This document shows, piece after piece, positions 36,042 to 49,145 of a stretch of DNA of 64,000 nucleotides. The position numbers were made by a program, and so were the translations under genes. Each line of letters opens with the position of its first letter. The first letter of the stretch is position 1. The DNA is taken from contig NC_135905.1 in assembly GCF_964194155.1 (NCBI RefSeq), positions 18,786,001 to 18,850,000 on the forward strand. The letters are read 5' to 3'. Source of the DNA: Cetorhinus maximus (taxonomy: Eukaryota). Below the pieces are notes generated by a model. That model did not search any database. It was not told the origin of the DNA and was given only the letters and a program-made list of their open reading frames with translations.

Positions 36042-37294
36042 AGGGCGGAATCTAATCCAGGGTTCACCAGTGCCACCTCCACTTTCGTGTCAGGCTGTGG
36101 TGTCCATGTGCTTCATATAAAAAATGAAAGAGCCAGCGGTGGGCACATGAGACACGTGCTATGATGTGGTGGGGGTGGGTTTCCATTGGAGACTCCCCCC
36201 ATCAGGTGACAGTCCAGAAATTCTGGGCAGGTTCTCAATGGACCACCTGGGCAAGCGGGAAGCTCTGCATCAAGGCTCCAACTTTCTTATCCACCCCTTT
36301 TCTGTCAGAAGCCTGAGCCATTTGTTCTGTGCACCCCCTCAGTGCCCCCAAATTTGTCTCCCCATCACTCCCCCTCCCCCCCCCCACCCCCATTAACTTT
36401 TGCTATCTTGGGACAGCCCTACCACCCTCCCCCCTGCCCCCCGCGCCCCCCTCCCCTCAAACACGTTCAAACTCCTTCCACGTCACTTTGGAGAAGTCAG
36501 AGCTAAGGCAGGGACTGGCCCTAGGGATCAGTGATGCCTCCCTGCAGATTCTCCTCCAGGCTGTCAGAGAATGGCAGGAGCTGCTCTTCCTGAGTGATTG
36601 CAGCCTGGCCAAGGTGGCCTGGACAGAGATTGTAGAGGAGGTTAACACAGGGCCCATGGAACAAGGCAGTCACCTAGGGCAGCAAGAGTTGGGGTCTGCA
36701 GCCAAGGCATGTCCACTGGCACTGCAGCAAAAAATGGAAATCTGATATGACTTTATAATGAGCGTGAGCAACTTAACTGTGCCCTGGGGTGGATCACTGT
36801 GTAATTCCACTTCAGTCCCTCCTCCCTCCCTCCCTATCCCTCTGGAATTTTCCAGTAGGCAACAACATCAAACCGCTCTTTCCCCGCAAGCACAATCTCA
36901 CGGCCTCCCGACCATTTCCCTCTGTGTGTAATGTGCTTGCTGACCAACCAATCGATTTCCCTTCCCTGCCCCCCTCCGGGTGATGATCTCATGATGTGGG
37001 CTGAGGTGTTGTGAGAGAGGTGTGGCAGTGAATCTAAGTGGCACTGAGGGAATAAGGTGCTGCAGAAGCAGAGGCCGTAGGATGGGACTCGGGGTAACTG
37101 AGACCACTGGAGCGAGAACTGAGGGTAGATGGTGGATAACTCAATTACCCATAATGTACAATTTACAATTACCCATAAAGTGGAATTTTACGCTGGTGGG
37201 ATTTTCCACTCCCGCCAAAGTCAATGGACTTTTGAACAGCTCGTCACATTTTACGGCTCCACACCCATTGCAACAGGGCTGTAAAATTCTGCCC
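36042..37294. mobile_element. Harbinger-derived relics, including a Myb/SANT fragment (about 36500-36650, +) and a 117-bp MITE (37178-37294)
   Basis: 'ISDASLQILLQAVREWQELLF...KVAWTEIVEEVN' resembles the Myb motif at 23450-23600. MITE ends are gtggaattttacgc ... gtaaaattctgccc. Outer boundary approximate. Confidence 0.6.
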
Positions 37295-37949
37295 CATGAG
37301 TTTGATCACTTTTAGCGGACAGTTCTGTAAGAGTGAGACTGAAGGATATCCAGAACATTGAAAACAAATATTAGTTTATGGTTCATTGCTGGTGTGAGAG
37401 AGACTAGTTGGGTGTTTTGAAGACAATGTATGATTCACTAACTGCAATTACACATCTCAAGTCTGTGAAGCACAGATAAAAGATCTTTACAATCACTTAG
37501 TGAGCCCTGTTTCCGATGGCAATTGAATTTTATGACCAATTGACTTTACATTGAATCCTGACCAACCATAAGGAAGCTTTTCATTATTCGTTGCCTCAGT
37601 AATATTTTAAGAAATCTTACATTGCAAAACCCTAAATAACTACAAGCTCTATCAGATTGTGTTAAATCATTCCATTTCTCCTGACAGTATCTCTGTGCTC
37701 CATGGTGCTATTAGCACTCAAGAGTGTGTACCACCTCTTTCCAGACCACCATGTTAATGTTAACCAACCTTTCCTGGTACCCTTTACTTCTCACTCCTGA
37801 AAAGCCTCGATGCCTCACCCCCATCTCATTGAGCAGTGCCTTAGGCCTCCCATTGTGACACCTCTTCTCATCTTTCTTTTGTGTTGACACCTTTTGTTTC
37901 AGTAAGTGCTCAGCTTTTTAGAAACTATTCATTTTACTGCGTTTGCGTT

Positions 37950-39460
37950 GGGGGTGGTATTTTATGGAAGCTATAAAGGTGGGAGAGTGGCATGTCGGGT
38001 GACTTAATTAGGCAGGAAGGGCAGTTTCCATTTCCTGATGGCAGATTGAGATGCTGAGATAAATTTGATGGTGTGTTTGCGGCTTCTCAAGAACTACCTC
38101 GGCCTGTGACAGGTTCCTACTTGCAATGCATTTGCATGACATGAATACTCATTAGCGTAAAACTTTTTTCAATTACATCCTTCCTTCAAGGTAAAGTCAG
38201 CAGTGCGTGAGAATCTCGTGACACCCGGTTCATGATCAGTTAAAGGTGGCGCGTGTCTGTCGGCTTTGTGTGGAAGGTCAGTAGCTGTTCAACTCCCCGT
38301 CACAAGAGAGTGGGGGGGGTTAGGAGAATGGACTCCTGCACAGAGGCTCAGGACTGGCAAGGGTGAGTCAGTGGTGAGGGGGTTTATGGAGTGGGGTAAG
38401 GGGCCTGGAGCAGGGAAGTGGGATCGGCCTCGAGGGGAGGGGACAGTCAGTCAACTAAGAAAATGAGGGGCCTGAAGGGCAGTGTTAGTGCTGCCCAAAT
38501 GTGTTTCCATCTCAGGGCATTGGCTGAGTGCAGGGCACTCCAGGACACAAGGCTTCATGTCCACCTACAATAGTTCAATGACTCTCACTGAGAGTGATCT
38601 CGGGCAATGTCCTTTACACTGTGTTTGAAGGGAGGGCCAGCTGAGCCAGCAAGTTCCACCATGACACACAGAGGGGTGAGTCCAATACTGGACACTGACA
38701 TAGGGCTGGATTGCTCGGAGCGGGGGCAGGGTGGGTGGGAGGTGGGAGTTAGGTGCCCCTTCCCCTCCTAGGAGGAAAGTCGGTCCTGAACAGGCTGACT
38801 TTTAAAAAGCCTGCCCTGCGGCAACAACACACTGCAGGGGTGGGGGGGTGGTGGGAGGGGGTGCTAAACAGGCTGAGGGTTGAACTTCTGCCTCTCAGTG
38901 GACCGAGGAGGTCCCAACCTCGAGAGCCGGCCACTCTCACCGTCCCAGCAGCGCCGGAACTCAATAGTGGGCACTGCTGGCACTGAAATTGGGCCCAGGA
39001 AGAAGATCATAGCAACTGGAGACAGGTAAGCTCTGGGCTCATAGAGCAGGAAGGGATTGGAGAGCCTAGGAGCAGGGAGAGTGGTGGAGGGCCGGGTTTG
39101 GAGGGCAGGTGGGGAGAAACAAAGGGAGGGGGGTGTGGTATCTTGGCCCCCCGATGAGCACAAGGCATCCCCGATTGATGGCTTCTCCTTCCTTCTGGCC
39201 TTTTCAAAGCCCTTTCAAAAACAGCCTTTGCACTTTGGCCTGCCTGCCTCAGCCCAGCAGTTTATGGCTCTGGAGGCAGATTGAGGCACTCAATTGCCAC
39301 TTAATTGGGCAGTTAAGGGCTTCAATAGTCCTAAGGGTGGGAGGCCTATCGGGGCACATTACCCACCCCCATATTATGGGGGACAGGTCAGGGATGAGCA
39401 GGAAGGTGAGCTGGGCAGGCGACATATTGCGCCTCCACCACCCTGCTTAAATCACAGCTG
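37950..39460. mobile_element. Probable non-autonomous Harbinger-like element (GC-rich, decayed)
   Basis: Subterminal motifs such as 'caattgccacttaattgggcagttaagggc' resemble those near 14210, 23210 and 27150. Termini are degraded. Confidence 0.45.
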
Positions 39461-39635
39461 GGGAATTCCGTCAAATCCAGTTCATGAACATTCAATAAGG
39501 AGTGAATGCAAAAACACAACATTAATTGTTTCTTCCACAATAAAAGAAATGTCCCTAACTGCCCTATAACCATCAATGCATGCCAACCATGAGGCATGCC
39601 AGTACATTTAGCTCTTTGACTAAGCTAGTCTCAAC

Positions 39636-41085
39636 AAGGGTGCAAGGGATAGGCCAGAAACATATAGACCGGTCAGTCTGACTTCAGTGGTGACCAACTT
39701 ATTGGAATCAATTCTAAGAGACAGGATAAACTGTCACTTAGAAAGGCACATGGGTTGATCAGGGATAGTCTGCACGGTTTTGTTAGGGGAAGATCAAGTC
39801 TTACTAACTTAATAGAAATTTTTGAGGAAGTAACAAGGAGGATTGATGAGGGTAGCACAGTGGATGTTGTCTACATGGATTTCAGTAAGGCATTTGACAA
39901 GGTCCCACATGACAGACTGGTCAGAAAAGTGAGATCCCATGGGACACATGGGAAGGTGGTGAGTTGGATCCAAAATTGGCTCAGTGACAGGAAACAAAGG
40001 GTAATGGTTGATCGATGTTTTTGCGAATGGAAAATGGTTTCCAGCGGTGTTCCACAGGGCTCAGTGTTGGGGCTCTTGCTGTTTGTTGTATATATTAATG
40101 ATTTAGACTCAAATGTGGGAGATATGATTGGGAACTTTGCAGATGACACAAAAATTGGCCATGTAGTTGATAGTGAAGGAGATAGCTGTTGTCTCCAGAA
40201 TGATAACAATGGTTTGATAACAATGAGTAGGAAGAAAAGTGTAAAATGGAATTCAATCCAGAAGAGTGTGAGGTAATGCATTGGGGAGGGCAAACAAAGC
40301 AAGGGAATATTCAATAAACAGGAGGATATTGAAAGGGGTTGAGGAAGTGAGAGGCCTTGGAGTGCATGTCCACAGGTCCCTGAAGGTGGCAAGACAGGTG
40401 GATCAGGTGGTCAAGAAAGCATATGGAATGCTCTCCTTTATTGGATGAGGTATTAAATACAAAAGCAGGGATGTAATGATGGAACTGTATAAAACACTGG
40501 TTAGGCCACAGCTGGAATGTTGTATACAGTTCTGGTTACAGTTCTACATTATAGGAAGGACATTATTGCTCTGGAGAGAGTACAGAGGAGATTTACAAGA
40601 ATGTTGTCAGGGCTTGAAAATTGCAGCTATGAGGAAAGATTGGATAGGCTAGGGTTGTTTTCCTTAGAACAGAGGAGACTGAGGAATGGCCTAATTGAGG
40701 TGTATAAAATTATGAGGGGCCTGGATAGGGTAGACATTAAAGACTTGTTTCCCCTAGCTGAGGGGTCAATTACCAGGGGGATAGATTTAAGGTGATTGGT
40801 AGAAGGATTAGAGGGGACATGAGGAAAAACCTTCCACCCAGAGGGTAGTGGGCATCTGGAATTCACTGCCTAAATTGGCGGTTGAGGTTGAAATGCTCAA
40901 CTCATTTAAAAGGTGCCTAGATCTGCATCTGAAGTGCTGTAACCTGCAAGGCCACGGACCAGGTGTTGGAAAGTAGGATTAAAGTGAGGGCTAGCTTCTT
41001 TTTCGTCTTTATCTGGCCGGCACAGACATGATTGACTGAATGGTCCCTTTCTGCGACGTAACTTTTCTGTGGTTCTAGGGTTCTA
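39636..41085 (+). mobile_element. CR1 LINE, 5'-truncated, RT domain to tail
   Basis: 'HGFVRGRSSLTNLIEIFEEVT...VDVVYMDFSKAFDKVPH...SGVPQGSVLG...YINDL...FADDTK'. Confidence 0.93.
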
Positions 41086-41721
41086 AATAACGACCATGAA
41101 CACATTAATTAAGTGAAACCCATATAACGTGAAACATTTTCAAGTGAAATTTAATCTTGAAAAACACCAGTGCCACCTTTGTGCTCTCAAGTCTTATGTT
41201 AATGGTATTGTAGTTGGGCCAGAAAGTTGTGGCCGTGTTATGAAGCCTCCCTGTTTTACCAGGAGGTTCTTTCATTAACAGCCCGTGGTTGCAGCATTGT
41301 CAATTGATAGCGGGTTTCACCAATGCAAAGACTCCCCCGCAACCGCTAAATCACATGTTTTCCATGTGTGTCACTGGCACTTAGAATCTTAATTCTAATC
41401 GGGTGGGAAAAAGCAAAGAGAAAGAAAGTGGAACTGGTCCTCTTCCAGTTACGGCTTAGGGAACAACATGCTGTTGGCAAAATCTTGGCTTTAGTTTTTT
41501 TTTCACTTTCAAAAATTTTTACAAGTTCTTACAAGTTTTTGAAAGTTCATATAAGTTTTTCAAAAAAAATTATTTCAAAATTTAGGAGTCATTTAAACAC
41601 GACCAACCCTTCTCTAAGGTCCGGGCTGAATTTCCGGGCATGTCTTACCCTCCTGCCCATTTGGTCAGATATTGTGGACGTGTCTCCTTCCGACTCACCC
41701 CTGTGCTCTGACATTTAATAC

Positions 41722-43265
41722 AAGGCAGAATGAGATGCATTCAAGGATACTGAGAGAAGCCAGGGTAGAAACTGTGGAGGCAGTAGCCATAATTTTCCAA
41801 TCCTCCTTAAACATTGGGGTGGTGCCAGAGGACTGGAGAATTGCAAAGGTTACACCATTGTTCAGAAAAGGGAGTAAGCATAAGCCCAGCAACTACAGTA
41901 CAGACCAGTCAGTTTAACCTCAGTGGTGAGAAAGTTTTTAGAAATGATAATTTGGGACAAAATGAATAGTCACTCGGACAAATGTGGATTGATAAAGGAA
42001 AGCCCAGTATGAACTTCATAAAGGCAACTCCAGTTTAACTATCTTGCTTGAGTTTTTTTTTGATGCAGTAACGGAGCGGGTTGATGAGGGTAATGTGGTT
42101 GATGTGGTGCACATAGACTTTCAAAAGATTTGATACAGTGCCACAGGACAGGCTTATTAGCAAAGTTAGAGAGACAACAGCAGCTTGGAGCTGAAATTGG
42201 CTGAGTGACAGAAAACAGAGAGTAATGGTGAAGAGCTGTTTTGGAATTGGAGGAAGTTATTTAGTGGGGTTCTCCAGGATTGGTGTTTGGACCCCTGTTT
42301 TTCTTGAAATGTATACATTAATGACTTAGACTTGGGTGCTCAGGGCAAAATTTCAAAACCTGAAGGAGAAGACACAAAAATTTGAAGTATTGTGGACTAG
42401 GAGAATAGTTAGACTTGGACACAGACTGGTGGAGTGGGCAGACAAATGGCAAATGAAATTTAACGTAGAGAAGGATGAAGTGATTAATCTTGGTAGGAAG
42501 AATAAGGAAAGGTAATATAAAAGAGGGTACAATTCTAAAGCAGGTGCAGGAGCAGAGGGGCCTGGAGGTACAGAAATCATTGAAGGTGGCATCGCAGGTT
42601 GAGGAAAACGGTTAGTAAAGCATATGATATCAGGGCTTTATAAATAGGGGCATAGAGTATAAAAAGAAAGGAAGTTATGATAAACCTGTGTAAAACACTA
42701 GTTTGGCTTCAACTGGTATACTGCGTCCAGTTCTGGGCACCACACCTTACGAAGGATATGAAGGCATTTGAGATGGGTGCAAAATAGATTCCTGAGAATA
42801 GCTCCAGAAATGAGAAACTATAGTTACATGGATAAATTGGAGAAGCTGGGGCTGTTCTCCTTGGAGAAGAGAAGATTAAGAGGAGATTTGATAAGGGTTT
42901 TCAAGGTCTTGAAGGGTCTGAACAGATTGGATAGGGAGAAACTGTTCCCATTGGGGAAAGGATCATGTACCAGAGGACATCAATTTAAGATGCTTGGCAA
43001 AAGACGCAATGGCAACATGAGGAAAAAGGTTTTTTACACAGTGAGTGATTAGGATCTAGAGTGAGAGTGCAGTGGAGGCAGATCCAATCAAAGCCTTCAA
43101 AAAATAATTGAATAGTTATCAGGAGAGAAAAAATTTACAGGGCTACGGGGAAAGGGCAGCAGAGTGGGGCTAGGTGAGTTGCTCTTGCAGTGAGCTAACA
43201 TGGATATGAATGGCCAAATGGCCTCCTTCTGTCCTATAATTATTCTATGCTTCTATGATTCTATA
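41722..43265 (+). mobile_element. CR1 LINE, older and decayed copy
   Basis: 'GVVPEDWRIAKVTPLFRKG', 'LGLFSLEKRRLRGDLI', and tail attctatgcttctatgattctat. Confidence 0.9.
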
Positions 43266-43904
43266 ACTTGTTACAGTGCGAACCAACACTGTTCAGATCA
43301 GAAAGAGCCACTTTGCTCAAATATCTCTGTGTTTTTCCATGAGGTTTTCACCAAAATGATTACCCAAGGTTAGTGGACAGTTTTCTTTGAGGTCAGTGGT
43401 GAACACCATCATCTAGCTGCTATCTGTACAGGCCATTTAATTTCTTTGGTGTACCAATTGAAAAGTGGGTTGCTTGTTTTGGAAGCCTTTGGTTATGGTC
43501 AGAAGGCTGTGGAAATTATCTACCAAGTACAAAGGCCTGATTCCTGATTTCTCCTTCTGTGCTCTGTACCAAAGTGCTAGTATATTTCATTTCAGGCAAA
43601 GGAGCGACGACCACCGAGTTCCACTCAGTTAATATATCATGCACATGTAAATGCTTTGCACAGAAATCACCCAAAATATTCAAGGTAATTAAAACAAGGT
43701 GCATTTACACATCACCTTTAATGTAGCGTGACTGGCCCGTTAAATACAGCACTGACTGGGGAGAGAATACCAAGCAACAGATGCTTTAGTATTTCAAATG
43801 GTTATCAATAGGGGCAACTCTGTTCCACCATGAATGATGGAAGAATGTTGTCACAACTATATTGTTGCTGTTTGCTGTGAGAAGGATGGTTTAAACTCAA
43901 TATA

Positions 43905-44025
43905 AAAGCAAAATATGGAAATGCTGGAAATCCAAAGGCAGTAAATGCTGGAAATACTCAACTGCAACTGTTGAGAGAGAAAAACAGTGTTAACATTTCA
44001 GGTCCATGATCTTTTGTCAGAACCT
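43905..44025. repeat. Short interspersed repeat resembling Penelope-like element termini; other copies at about 11650-11765, 14530-14615, 33950-34055 and 59238-59350
   Basis: Recurring motif gatgctggaaatctgaaataaaaacagaaaatgctggaaa.actcagcagg...gagagagaaacag..ttaac.tttc. The repeat itself is seen directly; the Penelope assignment is inferred. Confidence 0.6.
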
Positions 44026-44139
44026 ACAGCCTACCAGACCATCATATGTACTCTCTGCAGTCTTTTCAAGCAGCTATCAGTCATTCCCACTAAAGTGACA
44101 GCAAGAAATTTCATCTTTATACACATCTACTGTGTATCA

Positions 44140-44350
44140 CACCATCCTGACTTGGAAATATATCGCCATTCCTTCACTGTTGCTGGGTCAAAACCCGGAA
44201 CTCCCTTCCTAACAGCACTGTGGGTGTACCTACACCACATGGGCTGCAGTGGTTCAAGAAGGCAGCTCACCACCAGCTTCTCAAGGGCAATTAGGGATGG
44301 GCAATAAATGCTGGCCCAGCCAGCGAAGTCTGCATCCCATGAATTAATTT
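44140..44350 (+). mobile_element. LINE (second family) 3' tail fragment
   Basis: Near-identical to 15900-16105. Confidence 0.85.
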
Positions 44351-44469
44351 TAAAAATCTACTGTGTTGCTTTTACAAGCATATCAATGGTTTAACTTTGT
44401 GCTTTTACTTGTTATGTTTATAAGTCTCATAAAATCTTCCAGATTTCCTGCAAGATCCCCAAGATAATG

Positions 44470-47400
44470 GACTTAGAATCAAAGAGAAACGTAGCACCGA
44501 AGGAGACCATTTAGTCCAATGTGCCTCTGTTGGCTCTTTGATAGACCAATCCAATTAATCCCACTCCCCAGCGCTTACCCCATGTGATTTTTTTTTCCCT
44601 TCAGATATTTATCCAACTCCCTTTTGAATGCTACTATTGAATAATAGGGGGAGAGAGTGGCGTAGTCTAGAACTGAACACAATATTTCAACTGAGGCCTG
44701 ATCATTATTTTATAAATGTTTAACAAATCTTCTTTGCTTTTTTATTCCATTCCTCCACTAATAAAGCCAAAGATCCCATATGCTTTTGCAACTGCTTTCT
44801 CAATTTTCCTGTTACCTTCAAGGACGTGTGAACATAGACCCACATGTCTCTCTGTTTCTGCATCAGCTTTGAAATTGTCCCATTGCCCCTCCTCATCCTT
44901 CCAACATCACTTCATGCTTCTGTGCATTAAAGTTTAACTGCCAAGTGTCTGTCCAATTCACTAGTTTATGTCCTCCTAAAGTCTGTTTTACTAGCCTCCT
45001 CATTGTTTGCTGCATTTCTGAGTTTTGTATCATCCACAAACATTGAAATTATGCCAAGTCCTGGTCATTAACATACATACATCAAAAAGTGCTATGATCC
45101 TAATATCAATGCTTGAGAAACATCATTCTTTGCTTTCCTCCACTTTGAAAAAACCAAATTTAGTCCTGCTCACTGCTTTCTGCCCCTTAGCCAATGTTGT
45201 ATCCATTCTGCAGAGGTGAGTATGGTGGCCATTACCAAGGAGAAGGTGCTAGGAAAACTGAAAGGTCTGAAGGTGGATAAATCACCTGGACCAGATGGAT
45301 TACACCCCAGAGTTCTGAAGGAGATAGCTGAAGAGATAGTGAAGGCGTTAGTGGTGATCTTTCAGGAATCACTGGAGTCAGGGAGGGTCACAGAGCACTG
45401 GAAAATCGCTAATGTAACCCCCCTGTTTAAGAAGGGAGTGAGGCAAAAGACGGGAAATTACAGGCCGATTAGCCTGACATCAATCGTTGGTAAGATTTTA
45501 GAGTCCATTATTAAGGATGAGATTTCAGAATACTTGGAAGTGCATGGTAAAATAGGGCAAAGTCAGCATGGTTTCAAGGGGAGGTCATGCCTGACAAATC
45601 TGTTAGAATTTTTTGAGGAGGTAACGAGCAGGTTAGACCAAGGAGAGCCAATGGATGTTATCTACTTGGACTTCCAGAAGGCATTTGACAAGGTGCCGCA
45701 CAGGAGGCTGCTCAGTAAGATAAGAGCCCATGGTGTTAGAGGCAAGGTACTAGCATGGATAGAAGATTGGCTGTCTGGCAAGAGGCAGAGAGTGGGGATA
45801 AGGGGGTCCATCTCAGGATGGTGGCCGGTGACTAGTGGAGTTCCGCAGGGGTCAGTGTTGGGACCACAACTTTTCACTTTATGCATTAATGATCTAGATG
45901 AAGGAACTGAGGGCATTCTGGCTAAGTTTGCAGATGATACAAAGATAGGTGGAGGGACAGGTAGTATTGAGGAGGCGGGGAGGCTGCAGAAGTATTTAGG
46001 CAGGTTAGGAGAATAGGCAAAGAAGTGGCAGATGGAATACAATGTGGGGAAGTGTGAGGTCATGCACTTTGGTAGGAAGAATAGAGGCATAGACTATTTT
46101 CTAAATGAGGAGAGAATTCATAAATCTGGAGTACAAAGGGACTTGGGAGTCCTAGTCCTGGATTCTCTTAAGGTTAACTTGCAGGTTGAGTCGGTAGTTA
46201 GGAAGGCAAATGCAATGTTGGCATTTATTTCGAGAGGACTAGAATATAAAAGCAGGGATGTGCTGCGGAGGCTTTATAAGGCTCTGGTCAGACCACATTT
46301 AGAATATTGTGAGCAATTTTGGGCCCCGTATCTCAAGAAGGATGTGCTGGCCCTGGAGAGGGTCCAGAGGAGGTTCACGAGAATGATCCCAGGAATGAAA
46401 GGCTTAACATATGAGGAATGTTTGAGGACTCTGGATCTAAACTCGATGGAGTTTAGAAGGATGAGGGGGGATCTGATTGAAACTTACAGAATACTGAAAG
46501 GCCTGGATAGAGTGGATGTGGGGAAGATGTTTCCATTAGTAGGAGAGACTAGGACCCGAAGGCACAGCCCCAGAGTAAAGGGAAGACCATTTAGAACAGA
46601 GATGAGGAGAAACTTCTTTAGTCAGAGAGTGGTGAATCTATGGAATTCATTGCCACAGAAGGCTGTGGAGGCCAGGTCATTGAGTGTATTTAAGACCGAG
46701 ATAGATAGGTTCTTGATTGGTAAGTAGATCAAAGGTTACGGGGAGAAGGTGGGAGAGTGGGGTTGAGAAACTTATCAGCCATGATTGAATGGCGGAGCAG
46801 ACTTGATGGGCTGAATGGCCTAATTTCTGCTCCTATGTCTTATGGTCTTATGGTCTTATGCTGGTGTCTTTTTTAAACCCCATGGGCTTTAATTTTGCTA
46901 ACAAGCCTATTGAATATTAATATTTAACTTTGTTAAACATCTTGTGAAATTCCATATCCATACCATCAACCCCGGTACCGTCATCGACCCTTTCATTACT
47001 ACATCAAAGAACATGATCAAGTTAGTCAAACATGATTTACTTTTGACAAGTCTATGCTACCGTCATTTATAAGCCATGCTTTTCCAAATGCCAGTTCATT
47101 TTGTCCTGGACTATTGTCTCTAAAAGTTTCCTCAGCACCGATGTTAGGCTGACTGGCTTGTAGCTGCCAGGTTTATCCATCTCCCCCTTTTTTTGAAAAA
47201 CAAATATAACATTTCCAATCCTCCAGTCCTTTGGAACCACCCCCATATCCAAAGGAAGCCTGGAAGATTGTGGCCATGGGCTCCATGCTATTCCCATTCT
47301 TACTTCCATAGTAACCCAGGGTACATCCCATTTAGAGGAGGTGACTTTTCTACTTTGAGACCCACATCCTCTACATAGCTACATCTTCTTTATTTTTATC

Positions 47401-47640
47401 CTCTGCAAGATTGCTACCACCTCCTCCTTTACTTCCTCACCAGCTGCATCCTCTTCTCTACCCTTCAAATATTTATCCAATTCTCTTTTGATCATTTCAC
47501 GATGTATATGATCATCAAATACTATTGGGTTTTCGTTTATGTTAGCCACCAATTTATTCTCATACTCTCTTTTTGCCCATCTCATCCCCTTTTCTTGGTT
47601 TACTTTTTACTTTGTACATCTAGCTCATTGCTTTGCACCT
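44470..47640 (-). mobile_element. Old fragmented CR1 LINE on the minus strand, interrupted by the young CR1 at 45211-46860
   Basis: Minus-strand 'GVVPKDWRIGNV...DKPGSYKPVSLTSVLRKLLETI'. Sequence on either side of the young insert is collinear CR1. Confidence 0.75.
45211..46860 (+). mobile_element. Young CR1 LINE, 5'-truncated, ORF2 C-terminal ~500 codons almost intact
   Basis: ORFs 45216-46016 and 46032-46727 are in the same frame, separated by one TAG (TGG>TAG). All RT motifs are present (KSPGPDG, NYRPISLTS, DFQKAFD, GVPQGSVLGP, FADDTK). The tail is (tatggtct)n. Confidence 0.95.
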
Positions 47641-48419
47641 AAAATCTGCTCATCTGGTTCCATTACAACAGTCACTGTTGCATACAGGGCAATTAACTTA
47701 GGCTTTTAAAATAGAATATTGATTCAATGCACACAAAAATGCACTTTCCATGGTTCCATTAATTAACTTTTTGGCATTTATTCCAGCTGAATGGCTCATT
47801 ATAAATGTTTATTAGAGGTTGATTGCAAGTGGTTGTCTCTCTTCATTCGTACTAACAAAATTGCATTTTCAGGTGTGGCACATTACTAAATCATATATTC
47901 CCATAACTCCACCAGCATGTTAGAAATGTAGATTAAAATGGGCACCTCGCCTGTTGTTCTCAAGCAGAAATGAATCCCCTCAGAACTTGAGCTGATAGTA
48001 TTTCTTTAAATAGAACAACTATAGGACAGCACTGGCAACAAATCGGGAAGTAATGAATAGAAGAATTGAACTTTGGATTGTAAACCTCTGAAGATTTTTA
48101 AGAGGGAGAGAAGATTGAAGGTGAAGAGGAATTACATAATTTTGAAATCTTGGGGAAAATAAATTAAGTAGAAACTATACCATGTGATTTCAACACAGAA
48201 GGAAACTGAATCAAGGAGGAAGGGCCTGTAGTAGTGTGTATGTTTGCATCCTGGATGCAATAAAAGAGGAAAAGTCATATAAACAACTACGTATAATAAG
48301 TTCATAAAATAGGGAAAACATATGTTACTGTAGGAAGTGCAGGAAGCTTGAAATGAAGGAGGAATTGCCTTATCAAAGCATAAATTTTAACTTGGGTTAT
48401 GATAAGTGAGAGATTTGTC

Positions 48420-49145
48420 ACAGTGATATTGATGAAGAAATCCAGCATCACCCGAAATCTGCAGCCTTTGGCCACCTGAGGAAGTGAATGTTGAAGATCG
48501 CGACATCAAAACTGAAACCAAGCTCATGGTCTACCATGTGGTTGTGATCCCTACCTTACTGTGCGGAGCTGAAACATGGACAATGTACAGGAGGCAACTC
48601 AAGGCGCTGGAGACATACCATCAATGCGTCCTGCGGAAGATCTTACATATTAGGTGGAGGGCAGATGCACCAACATCAGTGTCCTCTCACAAGCAGGTTC
48701 CACAAGCATCAAGGCTATGATCATCTGCCATCAGCTTCGTTGGGTTGGTCATATAGTTTGGATGTCAGATACCAGGCTCCCAAAGCAGGTCCTGTTCTCC
48801 CAGCTCAGTCAGGGTGGATGCACCAAGCTCTTCGAGGATATGCTGAAAGCGATATGAAGAAATGCAACATTGACATCAACTCCTGGGAGACCATCTCCTT
48901 GGACTGAACCAGTTGGTGGCAGGGCCTGTGGGAAGGATCCCATTTTGCGACCCAACGACAATAAAGTGAAGAGAAAAAGCAAAAGCGTAAAAAAAAACGC
49001 CATGACTCGAACTGTTAACAAACAACCCGACATCCCACAGGACAACAAATACCCTACATCTCATAAAGTCTGCAGATCCTGAATAGGCCTCACCAGCCAT
49101 TCAGACCCATGGAAGACAATCATCCTCGCTAGTGAAGGGCAGGCA
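48420..49145 (+). mobile_element. RTE-clade LINE 3' fragment
   Basis: 'TKLMVYHVVVIPTLLCGAETWT...LETYHQCVLRKILHIRW' and 'TNISVLSQAG..SIKAMI...QLRWVGHIVWMSDTRLPKQVLFSQL' are diagnostic of the RTE C-terminus. Confidence 0.88.

Noticed and set aside
45216-46727. Novel reverse-transcriptase gene or retron-like system
   Set aside because: Standard CR1 ORF2, 5'-truncated, lacking the endonuclease domain and ORF1, with several paralogous copies in the same window.
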